Of a stretch of DNA of 63,105 nt, positions 41,950 to 55,107 are shown piece after piece (the stretch's first letter is position 1; each line of letters begins with the position of its first letter). The stretch covers positions 1 to 63,105 of the forward strand of contig JAHLWZ010000877.1 in the NCBI GenBank assembly GCA_020536535.1, given 5' to 3'. A program made the position numbers and the translations under genes. The DNA is from Pelomyxa schiedti. Its lineage: Eukaryota > Protista > Evosea. The notes beneath the pieces were generated by a model, which saw only the letters and a list, made by a program, of their open reading frames with translations, had not been told where the DNA came from and did not search any database.

Positions 41950-43584
41950 TTAGGGCTGTTCACAGAAACTTTTCAGATTTGCCTGTGCAATGCTGTGACC
42001 TTGTGCCGCAGAGAGTCTCCACAACCTAACAGCCTCCCTGATGTCTTTGGTCACTCCTTCTCCTTTTTTGTAACAGAGTGCGAGGTTGCATTGTGCCCAG
42101 GCATTTCCTTTCTCCATGGCAAGTGAGTACAACCTGATGGCTTCTTGCAAGTTGGCCATAATTCCTTCCCCTCTTTGGTAGCACAAAGCAAGGTTGTTTA
42201 GTGCTTGGTCATTTCCTTGTGCTGCGGCAAGCTTATAGAAATGAACCCCGCGGACTTCGTCTTTGTTTGTACCTACACCATTTCTGTAGCACCAACCCAG
42301 GTCGCACTGTGCTACTGCGTATCCTTTTTCTGCAGATGCGTGATATAGCCGGATTGCTTCCATTTCATCTTTATCCACGCCCTCTCCCATTTGGTAACAC
42401 ATTCCAAGGTTTCTCAGCGCCACAGAGTTGCCTTGGTCAGCAGAAAGTCGATAGAGTCTGACTGCTTCCCGTTCATTTTTTGGCACCCCGTCACCATACT
42501 GGTGGCACAGTGCCAACTTTCTCTGTGCCACTGAATCACCTTGCAATGAGGACAGGGTGTAGAGTCTAATGACTTCAGACATATCTCTCTTCAAGCCCCC
42601 AAGCTCTGAGGCGTAGCACCATGCCAGGTCCCGCTGTGCCATACACACACCTTGTTCAGTTGCCATCCGATAGTACATGATAGCCTCTGTCAGGTTCCTC
42701 TCCAACAATTCTCCGCTCTCATAGCAGCACCCCAGGTTCCACTGCGCAATGCCGTTTCCCTGTGCAGCACTCATCTTCAGCAGGCGAACAGCCTCACGGG
42801 AGTTGGAGTACCCCATGACTCCGCTCTGATGTGCCAGAGCCAGGTTCCTCTGAGCCAGTGCATTCCCACCCTCGGCAGCCGCAGAGTAAAGCGAAAGTGC
42901 CTTGTCCACGTCCTTTGTGACACCATCACCCTTCTCATAACACAGCCCAAGGCTATTCAAGGCCATCACATTTCCCATATCTGCAGATATCGAATAATGA
43001 CGTGCTGCAACTGCGCAATTGGTTGGGCAGCACACGGCCCTGTTATGCATAAACCCCACGAAAAAGTGTGCCAGCGCACTTACTTCGGGCACAGAGCACG
43101 CGGCGTGGATGGAATCCCACAGAAATCTCTGCGAGAACCCGGGGCACCTGCGGATCTTGTCCAAAAAGTCGGTCAGGGGGTACGCCGGGTGCGGCTGCTG
43201 CGACGCGAACAGCGCCGGCTTCACGGAAAACGCGAAGCGCAGCATGAACAGGGCGAAGGCCCAACGCTGGACCCCGAGGATGCCGACGGCGGCAAACGAT
43301 GGCGCCGGCGCCGACGTGCAACTGACGGGCCCCGGATTGGTGCCCCGATTGGGCACATCAGCAGTTTCGTCTGGGGCGCCGCCGACGAGAATCTGCTCTG
43401 GGACCACGAACTTGGTGGGGGCGTCGGTGCCGCCCAGCATCTCGACGCACAAGGAGTAGGTGCCATCAAAATCGCCGCCGTCGAATAGAACCAGGGCACG
43501 GAACACAGCCGGGTCGAGGGACGGCTGTGGCCCTTCGTTTGCCGAGCAACAAGCCTTCTTGCTGCGCTCGTTGTCTCCCATCAT
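41950..43584 (-). CDS. Sel1-like repeat protein (about 10 SLRs), intronless
   Basis: Repeats such as ALNSLGLCYEKGDGVTKDVDKALSLY and AQCNLALCYKKGEGVTKDIREAVRLW. Confidence 0.93.
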   Translation of the reverse strand: MMGDNERSKKACCSANEGPQPSLDPAVFRALVLFDGGDFDGTYSLCVEMLGGTDAPTKFVVPEQILVGGAPDETADVPNRGTNPGPVSCTSAPAPSFAAVGILGVQRWAFALFMLRFAFSVKPALFASQQPHPAYPLTDFLDKIRRCPGFSQRFLWDSIHAACSVPEVSALAHFFVGFMHNRAVCCPTNCAVAARHYSISADMGNVMALNSLGLCYEKGDGVTKDVDKALSLYSAAAEGGNALAQRNLALAHQSGVMGYSNSREAVRLLKMSAAQGNGIAQWNLGCCYESGELLERNLTEAIMYYRMATEQGVCMAQRDLAWCYASELGGLKRDMSEVIRLYTLSSLQGDSVAQRKLALCHQYGDGVPKNEREAVRLYRLSADQGNSVALRNLGMCYQMGEGVDKDEMEAIRLYHASAEKGYAVAQCDLGWCYRNGVGTNKDEVRGVHFYKLAAAQGNDQALNNLALCYQRGEGIMANLQEAIRLYSLAMEKGNAWAQCNLALCYKKGEGVTKDIREAVRLWRLSAAQGHSIAQANLKSFCEQP

Positions 43585-45074
43585 CCACGCCACGGAACAA
43601 GAGAAAGATTGCAAAAAAAAAGGAAGTCCACTGCCAAACTGACGATCATCAGTTCCTCTACCCAAAAGAAGAAGCGATCAATCGTCGAACGACGAAAGGC
43701 GCCGTGCGTGGCATAATTGTGCCACCAATTTACTAGAAGCACAGTCGCAGCTACTATGTAATAGATAGGGTGCAAGCCACACAGTAACGACGTGGGCCAC
43801 TCGGAGCAAAAAAAAAGATCATCGGAGTGGCAGATCTGGGCTCGATAACGTTGTACTACAACAGCCTGGACACCCAGTTAGGCCTTTAGGTTCCGACGCG
43901 AAGGCGACATAAACATACTGCATACCAGCGTCTCCAACAGTCACCCTCCAAGCTGTCAGACAAAATAAACATAATACTGGATCCAAGAACGTTAAGGAAA
44001 GTCTACTGGCGCAGTACAATCGCCAAGAACAAATGGAATCCAACATCGAGAACCGGGTCCCACGGTGTGGCACAAGTGGAGACAGCCAGATTTCCACCAC
44101 GAATCTTGACAGAGGCCAAAGGAGAATTTTGTGCTTGTGTGGTGAAGATGGGTCCTCAGTGTGACAAGCTTTTTGCCGGCTCCAATGACATGATTCCCGG
44201 CTGTATGTGGCATAATCTCCGCTGCATCGAATCCCCACAAACAGTGAGTAAAAAGGGATCGTGTTACATGGGCTATGAGCACTCAGTCATCTATCTACTC
44301 GTTTGAGAAATCCGGCACCAGTGCAGGGATGCCTTTTCAGCAACCAGAGTGGCAGGTCGTTTTTTTTTTGCTTCTTGAACCATTGCCGCTGCAAGTTATC
44401 ACACATGAATAATAATAAGTCAGTACCTGGACTTTTGTGGTTACCCCGCATACTTCGCCAACAAAGCCTCTGGCAGTGCCTCTTTTTTCACGACAGTACG
44501 TTCCAACCAAGTTATTTCCAACATTCACTTAAGTAAGTGCCACCTACAGCTTTATAACATTTCCAAGGATATTCTCCATAGTAAATGCTCCTGCAGTTCT
44601 GCGTTGTGAAGCGGAACTCCAGGATACCGTACGCGGAAGTCCCGCTTAAAAAATGGTGTTGGTACTTCCCACTCTTTTTCCTCCAAAGAGGGTACCACAA
44701 GCTCCAATAACAACACGAAAAGCGGAAAAAATTTGGCTTTTCCCAGGGAAATTTTTACGAAGTTTCCGCAAAGAGGGCAGTCAAAAAAAGAACAAAGAAA
44801 ACAAAACAAACAACTTGTATCACTGCAATGCCGCACCATCGCCGGTCGTCGTGTAGTCATCCCGGGTTGGTGTACTTCGTTTGTTATCACCGCGTAGAGT
44901 TCCCACAGCCCGCGTTTGGGCGTAGATTATTGTGTCTTGTGGAAGATTGGGCTCGTGGGGAGCCCAGCGCTTAAAGGGGTTGCTTCTGACCCCTGAATCG
45001 TACAGTTGCTCCTCACACCCACACCACGCACATCAGGCATCATCAGCAGCCTCATTGGCATCATCAACTCCCAA

Positions 45075-45148
45075 TTCAGACTTCAGGTTCAGTTCAGTTT
45101 CAGTTCACCAGTTCAGTTTCAGTAGTTCAGGTTCAGTTCAGTCTCAGT
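45075..45148 (+). repeat. Degenerate (TTCAG)n simple repeat
   Basis: About a dozen imperfect TTCAG/TTCAGG units. Confidence 0.7.
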
Positions 45149-45869
45149 CTGCAAGGGCAAGCAAGATTTCTTTCAAAAGTAAGTACACTTGTACTCATGA
45201 AATTCAAGCATACCCATTTTTATTCTAGGTGTTTTGTGGAAATTTCCGCATCCACTCTATTCTATTCTATGCTATGCTGTACAGACAAAGAGTAAGCGGA
45301 TATTATAAATTTATAGGAGTTTTGTTTATGTTTGTGCATAAAGCTAGTGGGGAAACAAGGCGTTTTGGAGGGCAAACACACAATGGGAAGAGCCAGGTGA
45401 CAGGATTGCGGGATGTTGTTAAGATACAGAGATTGTCGCCCGACAGCACTGACCCAGAAATTGTCCCCAGCCCCTACGTAGCAAAGCGCACGTTGTCGGC
45501 CTCGCCACACCGAGGCTCTCGTATGGCTCCCAACAACAATCCTCATGGGCGATGGCGGTGTTCCCATCATTTATTGCGGAGGCTACGATGTTTGTTGCGT
45601 TATATACGACACTTCATGTATCTCGGGAAAAACGGTTGGTGTTTAAAAAAGAAAAAAAAAGAAAATTGTTCCGACTTTTTCAGTGAGTGGTCAAAGAGAG
45701 GAGCAAAATAGCATTGCTATGAAAACACAAGAACATCCCCCTTGTTATTCTTCTATTGACCAGCACCTTTACATTGTTGGTGAACAGAACCCAACGGAAT
45801 CTTGCCATAGGGTGATTTGAACTCGGCTGATGAGGTACCTTGCCATTGTTCAATTGTGCTTTTCTTTTA

Positions 45870-47762
45870 TCAGGGTTCGTCGTTGTTAGTGCTAGGGGCC
45901 TCTGTGTTGGCGGAGAGGGTTTCCAACTCGACGGCCGTGGCTTCGCGGACAATGATGGACTTCCAGCCTTTCCACGTTGTAATCACAGCATTCGAGGCAA
46001 TAAGTACTGCCCCGACTATGCTTGTCCAAAAGGGAGTGACGTGCAACACGGCAATAGACCACACTAGCGAGAACAAAACCTAGGTCGCTAAGTCAGTTTT
46101 TGGGCAAAAAAATGACTGAAAGAACCTGAAAATAACTCCCAACTGTTACGCGGCCAGCCCTTCCCAATTGTAGAGACTTGTTAATTAACACTTTTGAATT
46201 GTATTAGTTGAATACAAACATTGAACGTACCCTGGGCAACAAATGAAATAACACCAAGAACCGTCAAGAGTATCCAATCTTTGTCTGTTTGAGGTAGATA
46301 GGGCTTGCTCTTGATGAAGGATAGTGGAAGTGGAACCACCAGGCACCCAAGACTCTGGTAGAATACAAAAACAAGTTGGTGTGCAGCATGTGCCACTTTC
46401 CTATCAAGATGAGAAGACAAGTTGACTATTGCTCTGTCACCTTGTCAGAGCAAATGCTAAAGCCATTAAAATTGCTGAGAGAAGACCAACACTAGCTCCG
46501 ATCAGACGCTGTACAACATCTGTACTGAATATATTATTTCTACTGTAAAAGAGATGGACAATTGCCGTACTTCTCAGCTGTGCGAAAAATGACAGGCGGT
46601 CTTACAATGAGCACCACACCAATGAGACTTAATATCATGGCCAGAACTTCTATTATCCCAATTCTTATTATGCAGGTTGGGAATATTCAACTGAGGAAGC
46701 GACTTACTTCTCTTTGAGTAGTACAAAGGCCCACAGTGCAGTAAAAATAGCAGTGGTGAGGTTTATAACCACCGCATCTGAGAGGGGCAGAAATGAGATA
46801 GAGACAAAATATCCTGAAAGGCCTAAGGCTCCAAAAAACCCACGAAGAGCCAAAGGGAACCTACCATCAAAGACTGTTAGGCTCTTTTGCCAATTCCCAA
46901 TGGTTGACGGTACCAATATTTTCTCGGTCCTAGTGGAGATATGCGCAAAAAAGCCAGGCAAATCAAAGTAAAAGTAGTTTGCACAATTCCCCTCGTGAAC
47001 ACACAAACAAGAGGAGAAACCCCATTGGTATCTAGTAATGTGTCTAAGAAGTCTTATTTCAGAGGAGTAGGCATACTTAAAATCTTTACAAGAAGGGAGA
47101 CCACTGAAAGGATAAAAGCGGCACCAATATTCAAAGCCAGGCCCAGAATATCCCCATTATTTATGCACTTAAAGAATATGGTAGAAATTTTCCCCTGGAA
47201 GGAGGTTACGCTATTTTCAGGAATGTACAGTGTAAGATAGTACTCTGCATCTGCGGCAACAAGTATCATATTCCCGAGGTTTGATCGTGTTTCCTCTGGG
47301 GCGTAATGGGCCGTCATAAACCAGATTTTTGCCTTTACTATCAAAGTAACGCCAATACCACTGCTCCGAAGTATCATCGCCTTCAGCGCCATGGTTTAAT
47401 ACATGTCTTGTGTCTGAATCACTGCCGATGACGCTTGTCGTAGCAGTTGTTGTGGTAGTAGTCGTAGTAGTAGTTGCAGTAGTGATTGGTGCAGGTGTAT
47501 ATGTAGATAATATCGAATTAGATGTGCAAGTGCTGTTTTCTTGCGAGTGTAGGTGCAAGAATGAGCCGGATTTCGCCGCTTCCAACAGCGAAGGCGGTGC
47601 TCCGCTCGACGAAGCGAAAGAGATCGAGTCAAATGAAGCCGGGTCGTAGGCTTCGAGCATATCCACAGGAACACCCTCTACAAGAGGTCGTTCCAAAGAC
47701 TTCTGCACTTCGGCATTCGTAAGCACAACGCGAGATCTCCACGTTCGAAATTGCTCTAGCAT
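45870..47762 (-). CDS. EamA/DMT superfamily transporter (SLC35G-like) with long hydrophilic N-terminus
   Basis: LALRGFFGALGLSGYFVSISFLPLSDAVVINLTTAIFTALWAFVLLKEK, LIGVVLIVRPP, LQLGRAGRVT, FWTSIVGAVLI. Confidence 0.85.
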
Positions 47763-47871
47763 TTGTACGTTTTTTTTTCCTTTTTGTTTTGTGGCCTTGT
47801 TTCTTGAAAAAAATGTTCGTAAAGAACGAGGAACATCATGGATTTCGCAGCTTCCAAGAAAAGCGCCTCTC

Positions 47872-48914
47872 TCAGACTGAGAGATCCAACTTGTTTGTGA
47901 GAGCCTCCCACCGGGCAGCACCCCCAACGTGGGCCAAACAATGAGCCAACGAGTGGGACGAAAGTGACCCCTTGGTGATGTAAAAAGTCCTCCCCCTCCT
48001 CTCCTTCTGAGTCTCGATGAACATCTTGGTGACCTGGTATCTGATGTTGGTCTCGGTCGGGTCCATCTGCGCGTCCTCCTTGGCCTCGCCGTCCTCGGCG
48101 CGCCTCCCATAAGCCAGCATCGCGGTGTACCTCAGCGACGAAGGTGCTCCCTCAGCCGGCGGAACCGCAAGGCAATCGGCGCCGTACTTGGCCTGTGCGG
48201 CGGCAACGTCGAAAGTCACAGGCAAAAGTGGAACGGCTGTGTTCAATGTGGCGTCCCAGTCCCATCCGGTCCGGGGAGTAACCCCCCTCAGGGCGGCCTG
48301 TGTGAATGCATTATGGGATGAAAGCGCAGGGCAAGGGATGCGGCTTGTATACTAATTCACATATAGTACTATTTCATGCTCTATATAAGTATGCATACCA
48401 ACAGGCAGAAAACGGCAAAGTCGGCAGCTACGGTGACCTTTGTGGCGTACTCCTCATACACTCCATGTGAGTTTGATCCACCAAGGTTGTAGTCGTCATC
48501 CACCCTGGTGCGGTAGCAATCCACAAGCCACTCGTGCCTCTTGTGCTCCACCACTCCTGTCATCCACTGGGACGCCACTCCTTGAAACTCATCATTGAAG
48601 CCAACAAACAGGCACAATCACAACGATTGGATGTGCAAACACGCGCAAATTTTGGGTTTTTTGAACGTACCATCAGGGGCGCAAGACGGAGCAGAAGCCG
48701 TTGTCGATGTGGTCGAAGAAGCAGGCGTAGTCGAGGCTGACGAAGCCGGCGGTGTTGTTGTTGTAGAGTTGCAGGACTTTTTGTGTGTGGGCCAGTGTTG
48801 CTTTTGGTGGGCCGACGAGCAGTAGTGCACCGACTTGCATCTGCTGCACCTTAAGGTCGTAGTGGCCCCACACACTGCGCACTTATGGGCCGTTTCTGTT
48901 TGCGCTTGGCTCAT
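47872..48914 (-). CDS. MYND zinc-finger protein
   Basis: CAVCGATTTLRCSRCKSVHYCSSAHQKQHWPTHKKSC followed by a WLVDCYRTRVDDDY-containing domain. Confidence 0.85.
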
Positions 48915-49171
48915 ATTCTAAGTCGGCGTCGGTCGGCGCTCTTGGACAAAAAATAGGCATTTTTAATTGTTCCGCTAAACAAGGAATCAAAAAAAAAGAA
49001 ATTTTCTTAGAGACAAAAAAAAGCCAGCCGGTAGGTAGTATTGGCATAGACAGTGATAATCTAAGATATACAAACAGTGTGGATTGGCTGCACGGTGGGA
49101 AGGTATTTGGCCTTCCTCCCTGCCATGGTGACTTTGGGAGATACTGTAATATTCAGCCTCATGGTGAGGCT

Positions 49172-50196
49172 CTAAAAATGCCCACTACCACCCATTGAAG
49201 TGGTGGCACTAGTGACGCAAGCAACGGGGCTTTGACAGACCCACGCCGCATTCTTTTGCTGTGCCGCGTACATTCGGCAGTATTCTGCAAAAAAAAAAAA
49301 AAAGGGTAAGATATAGAAGGAAACGAATTTGAGTGCAGAGCAACGCACCACGTGAAGAATTCAAAGCATCACTATACTGCTTGAACTGAGTTGGAGTGAT
49401 GAAAAGCTCGAAAGATAACGATAGGAGGAGGGTCAATTCCAGCTTATTCATTTCCGGCAAAGTTACACCTCCAACTTTGCTGTAATGTGCGTTCGTGAAG
49501 AAGTTGTCCTCAAAGTGCTTGATAGCAACCACGATGCTGTGGACGGCATATATTAGTCCCAGGGGTATTCAGCCACTATTATGGGAAGACATACCACGTC
49601 CAGATAATCCGGTGGGCGTTGGTCTCGGTCAGTCTTAGGAAAGGGTGCGTGACGAGCAATCTGTCAAGATAAACCAGCGCCGAAACTATCGTCGCTGGCG
49701 TGCACCCTGAGTACCTCTCGATTCTGCAGGCAAAGTCCTTGAGCGAAATCGAAGGGGGCCGGGAACAGGGCCCGTCAAAGACGGTCGGCGAGAACGGCTT
49801 ATGGGACTGGCTGGCGATCAGACCCTGAAGGAGCAGAGCCAGGGCGTCGGAAATTGTGTCAAAGTCGTTGTAGCCGACCGGAGCCTCAGGCTTCATGACT
49901 AGGAAGGAGTCGTCCGACGTGCCTCCTGTGGGCGCCGAGTCCACATGGTCACAACTTTGTTGGAACGGCTGGGGATCGAACCCGCGACACTTGGGCGACG
50001 AACCGACAGGTATTGGCCTGATCCCACCCATGCGAGACACGTGCATTGTTGGGGAAGTCACGGCGAAGGGGGAATCGAACTCGCTGCTGCACGGGGAAGA
50101 TGAGGAGGTAACCCCTGAGGAGACTGAGGAATCGTCGCAGTCCTCGTCCTCACTGCTGAGGCCTAGGATTGGGTCGTGTGTGGCACAGAAGGCCAT
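49172..50196 (-). CDS. PHO80/cyclin-U(P)-type cyclin
   Basis: PPSISLKDFACRIERYSGC..SALVYLDRL..LTETNAHR, VAIKHFEDNFFTNAHYSKVGGVTLPEMNKLELTLL. Confidence 0.9.
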
Positions 50197-50699
50197 GGCT
50201 TGAGGTTTGGGTTTTGGTTTTTGGTTTTTTTTTTTTTACTTGTGTTTTTTTAATCAATAACTGTTGTTGTTTTGGAGCTGTTGTTGCTGTTTGGAGGGTT
50301 ATATTTTTTTGTTTTCGTTGGCTGGTTTTATGCGGAAAACGGCCCCGGAGGACACATTTGCTGATTCTCGGCTCTTGATCTTGTCGTGAGATGTCGTGTT
50401 TTTGTATTGTGCAAAAGGCATACCATCTATAAAAAGAAAGGACATCCTATGTCACAGGACGGAAGAGACTGGACTTCGGGCTAAAAGGGAAAGTTATTTG
50501 TGTGCCTGTTTCATTTCCCCGAACGCTCAAAGATCCAAAGTAAGAAGGCTCGGGAGTGCACGTCCACGAAACGAAGGGCCTCCCCAACTTGGTCCCGGTT
50601 AGAACAGCTGTGCTATTACAAAACGCAGCCTTAATTAAACCCCGACAGGCAACTGCGAATCCAGGTAATATTGTTTGATTTAGGCCGAAACAACGAGAC

Positions 50700-53600
50700 A
50701 TGGGCCGCGGCAGAGGAGCAGCACGAGGAGGGGGTCGCGGCAGCGCCAAGGGGCGAGGGCGAGGTGGCGGGCGCGGTGGCGGCAGGGGCCGAGGGTCGGG
50801 GAGCGCAGGGGGCCGTGGGCGAGGCCGCGGAGGAGGAGGAGGAGGGGGAGCGCGGGGGCGAGGCCGCGGCGCGGGAGGGAGAGGACGGCCGGCTGCAGGG
50901 CGCGGAGGAGGAGGCGGCAGGGGCAGGGGAAGGGGAACCGGGAGCGGAGGGGAAGGCCGGGGGCGCGGGCGCGGCGGGGGCCGGACCAGGTCCAAGGCGC
51001 CCGATGCTGTGGAGACGCAGGAGAGGCTGTTCGATGCCCGGGACGTCGACGATGGCCTGCGCGGCGCGGGCGTGTCTGGGAAGCTGTCGGCCTTTCTGAG
51101 TGCTTCGGAGGAATTGGAAACGGCTGATATTTTTGACAGGTTTTCTTTTGTTTGTTTGTTTGTGGCGTGACTTGTGCTTTGCTTTGTCGGTAGTTTGTAA
51201 TGGTGTTGTCTATGCGTGAAGCGAAACTCACTGAGATGTTCTAGGAAAAGGAAGCGAGGCAGAAGTGCTTTGCAGGGCCCTTCGGCAAAGAAATCTCGAA
51301 CCGAGGCTCCTGGTGAGGGAATCTCTTTCCCTGATGACCAAGACGACAACGACACTGGAGACTTTGTTGTGCAAGAAGGAAGTGATGACGATGACGACGA
51401 CCACAAAGTAGAGAAACTCAGAGCACGCTGGAGGAGTGCGGATAATGACGAAGATAACCACGAGGACGAGGATGCACACGATGAGGAAGATGAGAACGAG
51501 AATGAGGCCGAGGGTGAGAATGAGAATGAGAATGAGAATGAGAATGAGAATGAGAATGAGAATGAGAATGAGAATGAGAACGAGAACGAGAGCGAGGATG
51601 AGGATGAGGATGATGAAGATGACGACGAAAAAGCCAGAGGCGCGTTGGGCACCACACCGTCACTGGAGAAGGAGGCCGCCCATTCCTCGGAAAGTGATGA
51701 TGGCGAAGATAATGTCCAGAATGATGATACCGAGGATTATGGAGAGGAATGGGAGGCACTGGCCAAACAGTTGGATGCACATAAAAATGATGAGAATGAA
51801 GAGGTCGGCGATAAAAGAAGAGGGGGACAGACAAGGGCCAGGACCAGGACCACTACCACTACTACTAGTACCACCACCACTACCACTGCTGGTAAAAAGA
51901 CTCCTGATCATAAAGCTGAGGAAAATGCGGGTGCTGATGATTTCCCGGGTGGGGACTATGAGGGCGGTGAGGGTGATGATGAGAGTGGAGAGTACGAGGG
52001 TGGCGAGGAGGCCGACGACGGTAGGGGGGATTACAAGGGTGGCGATGATGATTATGATTATGAGGATGATGATGAGGGTGGAGAGTACAGGGGGGGTGAT
52101 GGGGAGGGTGATGTGGTACTGGATAAAGACCTTGTTGGAATGGAAGGACAGATTCATGTACAAAATACCAACTTTGAGTTTTGCTTTTTGCTTACCATTT
52201 TTTTCAGGAAGAGGCAAAACAAATGGAAAAGATAGCCAAGCTTGCTAGTAGTGTAACATCCTCTCCCCAAGATGAATCCTTGCCGATTACGCTTGGGAAG
52301 TTGCATGCACTGTGCAGTGACAAATCCTTAAAAATTGCGAAGTTGGCAATCCTCTCAGAGGTTTTTCTTCATAACCCTACTGTATTTCCAACTAGTACAG
52401 ATGGCAGTATTCAAAGATATTATTCCTGATTACTACATCAATGCTGAACGTCTCAATGAAGTTCTTCCAAATGGAAAGACTTTATCAAAACCTGTACATT
52501 TTTTCCAAAGGAAACTTCTGCATTAATCAGGACAACAAAAAAGGTCTTACGTCAACGCACATATGAAAAGGCTCTGTTGTCCTCGTACCACAAATATCTG
52601 ACATTTTTGGAAACTACAATTAAAGGTAGAGTAGTATTCTGTCTCCAGATCTAACCCTTCCCAGACAGTGAGGAACGTAGACAAGATGCCAAAACTAAAA
52701 AAAATGCAATTGTACAGCCTTGCCGCCTTTTCCCACATTTCACCTTGAACTAGGGCCTTCTTTCAGTTAGCTGCCACGCTCTCTGTGAGCTGATGATCAG
52801 GGCTTCCCACTTCAATTACAATAAAAATATTGTTCAAATGGTGATTCCTCTGATGTTTGACAATGATCCTCAAGTTAATCCAGGTTTCCTCATTCTCTTA
52901 TACTTATTATCACCCAGATAGCAAAGTCATGTTGCGGTCGAGTAGCTCAAGCTTTCAGAGGGGATAAGAGGGGTGACCTAACACTTCAGATTGTAAGAAT
53001 GATAGCCCAAGTTGTCAAGAAGAAATTGGACAGGGTGAAACCTGAGGTACGGAACTTCTTTAAAAAGAAAAAACCGACTTGAACCGAAGGTACTTGAAAC
53101 ATTCTTAGCTCTTCAAGTGACAGAAGGGGTTCAAATTAACCCTGAAATTTCGGGACGAAAGCGATCCGCACAGTACAAGTCCCACCGAGAACGCAAGGTT
53201 CCTTTGCCCAATCCAAGGGACTGAGTGTCTCACATGCTTTAAGCTGAGCAGAATAGAAAAACAAGTGGAATACGAATACAAAGAAGCAGAGGCGGAATTT
53301 AGTCACGAGTATAAGCTGAAGCAGGTAAGGTAGAACGTAAAAACTCTGTCTCTTTACACTCCCCGCAGCAAACTTTGATTCTAGACAGTGTTTTTTCCAC
53401 GTACTTCAGAATTTTAAAAAACAACCCTCGTACCAGGCTCCTCAGTGCTGTTCTAAGGGGTGTTACAAAGTAATTAACATTACCTTAAAGAAGCTATTCT
53501 AACTTTCGCGACAGGTACGCGCATCAAATTAACGTTGAGTTCATGGCAGATATTTCTACTTTGCTCTCTGGTATTATGGCCACATCTGACTCTCCCCTTG

Positions 53601-54977
53601 TTACCATGCAGTGTGCCGAAACGGCATTTCAAGCCATGAAATTACAGGGTTTATTTGCAGTTTCACATTTACTCTCTCCCCAACTTTTCTCACTTGTGCA
53701 ACAGGATTTGTTGCTGACATTGATGTACAGAGCTTTTATTCGGCTGTTTATAATGCATTGTGGAACTTGGCGTGTTGGTATGCTTCTCAACCCTTGGATC
53801 CAATTTATGCTGCTTAGGTCTGAAGACTACCATGTGATGTGCTATTCCTGTCTGCATGCCATGCAACTAATGCTCATTGAACAAAAAATGGTATTTGTCC
53901 TTCGGAAGGCATTGCATTTATTAGTTAACAGACACCAGTGGACCGTGTCGCAGCCTTTGTGAAAAGACTGTGCGTAATTGCCGTGTCTTTACCCTCAAGG
54001 TTCTTTTTTCCCAGAAGTTCAACGAGCGCTAACACCAGAAAAAGATATGCCACGGAAATTCTCTCGGTTGTATCTTTCATCCTTAGTGTACAGTAGAACT
54101 ATTCGTACTTGTTGCTTTCTAAATTTTTTTACAGAAATTCCCCAAAATAAGGAGACTTTTATCTACCGACCAAAGTAGTGGAGGTTAGTTAAACCTTTTG
54201 TTGTAATGGTAATCTCAAAACCTACAAGTTGGTGTCTATCTGTGGGATTTCAAGCAGGCCGACTACTGTAACCCTTGGACCACAAGTCTCTGGGAACTGC
54301 ACTTAGCCAAAGTACGCCCACAAAACAAGTTTCCTCTAACCTCCTAATTCGGAATACAACGAAACAAACAGACACACTATGACTTCACCACAGCCCGCAT
54401 GTCCGGAACCTTGTTTTCAAAGCAAGAAGCAGTGAATTCATCAGTCATAACAACATCAACCACAACAAGTGACCCGATTGTCACTGAACCTAGCGGCCCG
54501 AATGCCAAAATAGCACTTGCCCCACACGCCAAAGTCACCTTCAATGTTCCTACCAATGTGGCACACCCTGGAACGGCCAAGACCAGGAGATACTTCAGAA
54601 GGGTGGTGTCTACTCCAGAAGCAACCGACAGGGAGAGTGTATGGACGGAGTCAGCACTACCTGAGGAAGAAGAAGCTGAAGACAATTATGGTGATAGCGA
54701 GGACAATGGGAATGAGGAGGAAGGTGCTGAAGATGAAGAGGAAGAAGAAGATGATGAGGTGAAGCCAAAAGCCAAGGGTTGTGTTTGTGGGTCAGGGGAG
54801 GGGTCTGCTGTGTGTGTTTGTGGATGGTCAAAGCAGCCTAGGATTTTTGCACAGCAGTTTGTGACCGAGAAGCTGTACCTTGAGAAGCTCCGGCTGCAAA
54901 GAAAGCAGCTCACAATGGAGAGGGTACTCCGGCTACACAAACGATTGCAGGAAGTTAAAAAAATGGGTGATGATTAA
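50700..54977 (+). CDS. NOC3: Nucleolar complex protein 3 homologue with N-terminal RGG and acidic tracts
   Basis: KIAKLASSVTSSPQ, LAILSEMAVFKDIIPDYYI, YEKALLSSYHKYL, ASHFNY, STYFRILK, LLSAVLRGVTKYAHQINVEFMADI; RGG exon joined in frame via intron 51140-51244. Confidence 0.88.
51516..51590 (+). repeat. (GAGAAT)n coding microsatellite encoding a poly-EN tract in NOC3
   Basis: About 12 tandem GAGAAY units. Confidence 0.9.
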
Positions 54978-55107
54978 ATAAATGCGAAGCATTAAGCTTC
55001 AAGAGAAGGAGTGAATTTTATACACTTTGTTGTATGGCAACACCAAACAACAATTTTAAATGTATCGAGACTGCACAAAATGATATTACACTCGTCTGCA
55101 CGAATTG

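Noticed and set aside
42652-43488. 278-aa plus-strand ORF opposite the Sel1 gene
   Set aside because: It is an antisense shadow of a GC-rich intronless CDS.
50447-52248. Long antisense and alternative-frame ORFs (poly-SF, poly-RM, poly-HS, Pro-rich)
   Set aside because: These are shadows of the RGG, acidic and GAGAAT repeat tracts of NOC3.
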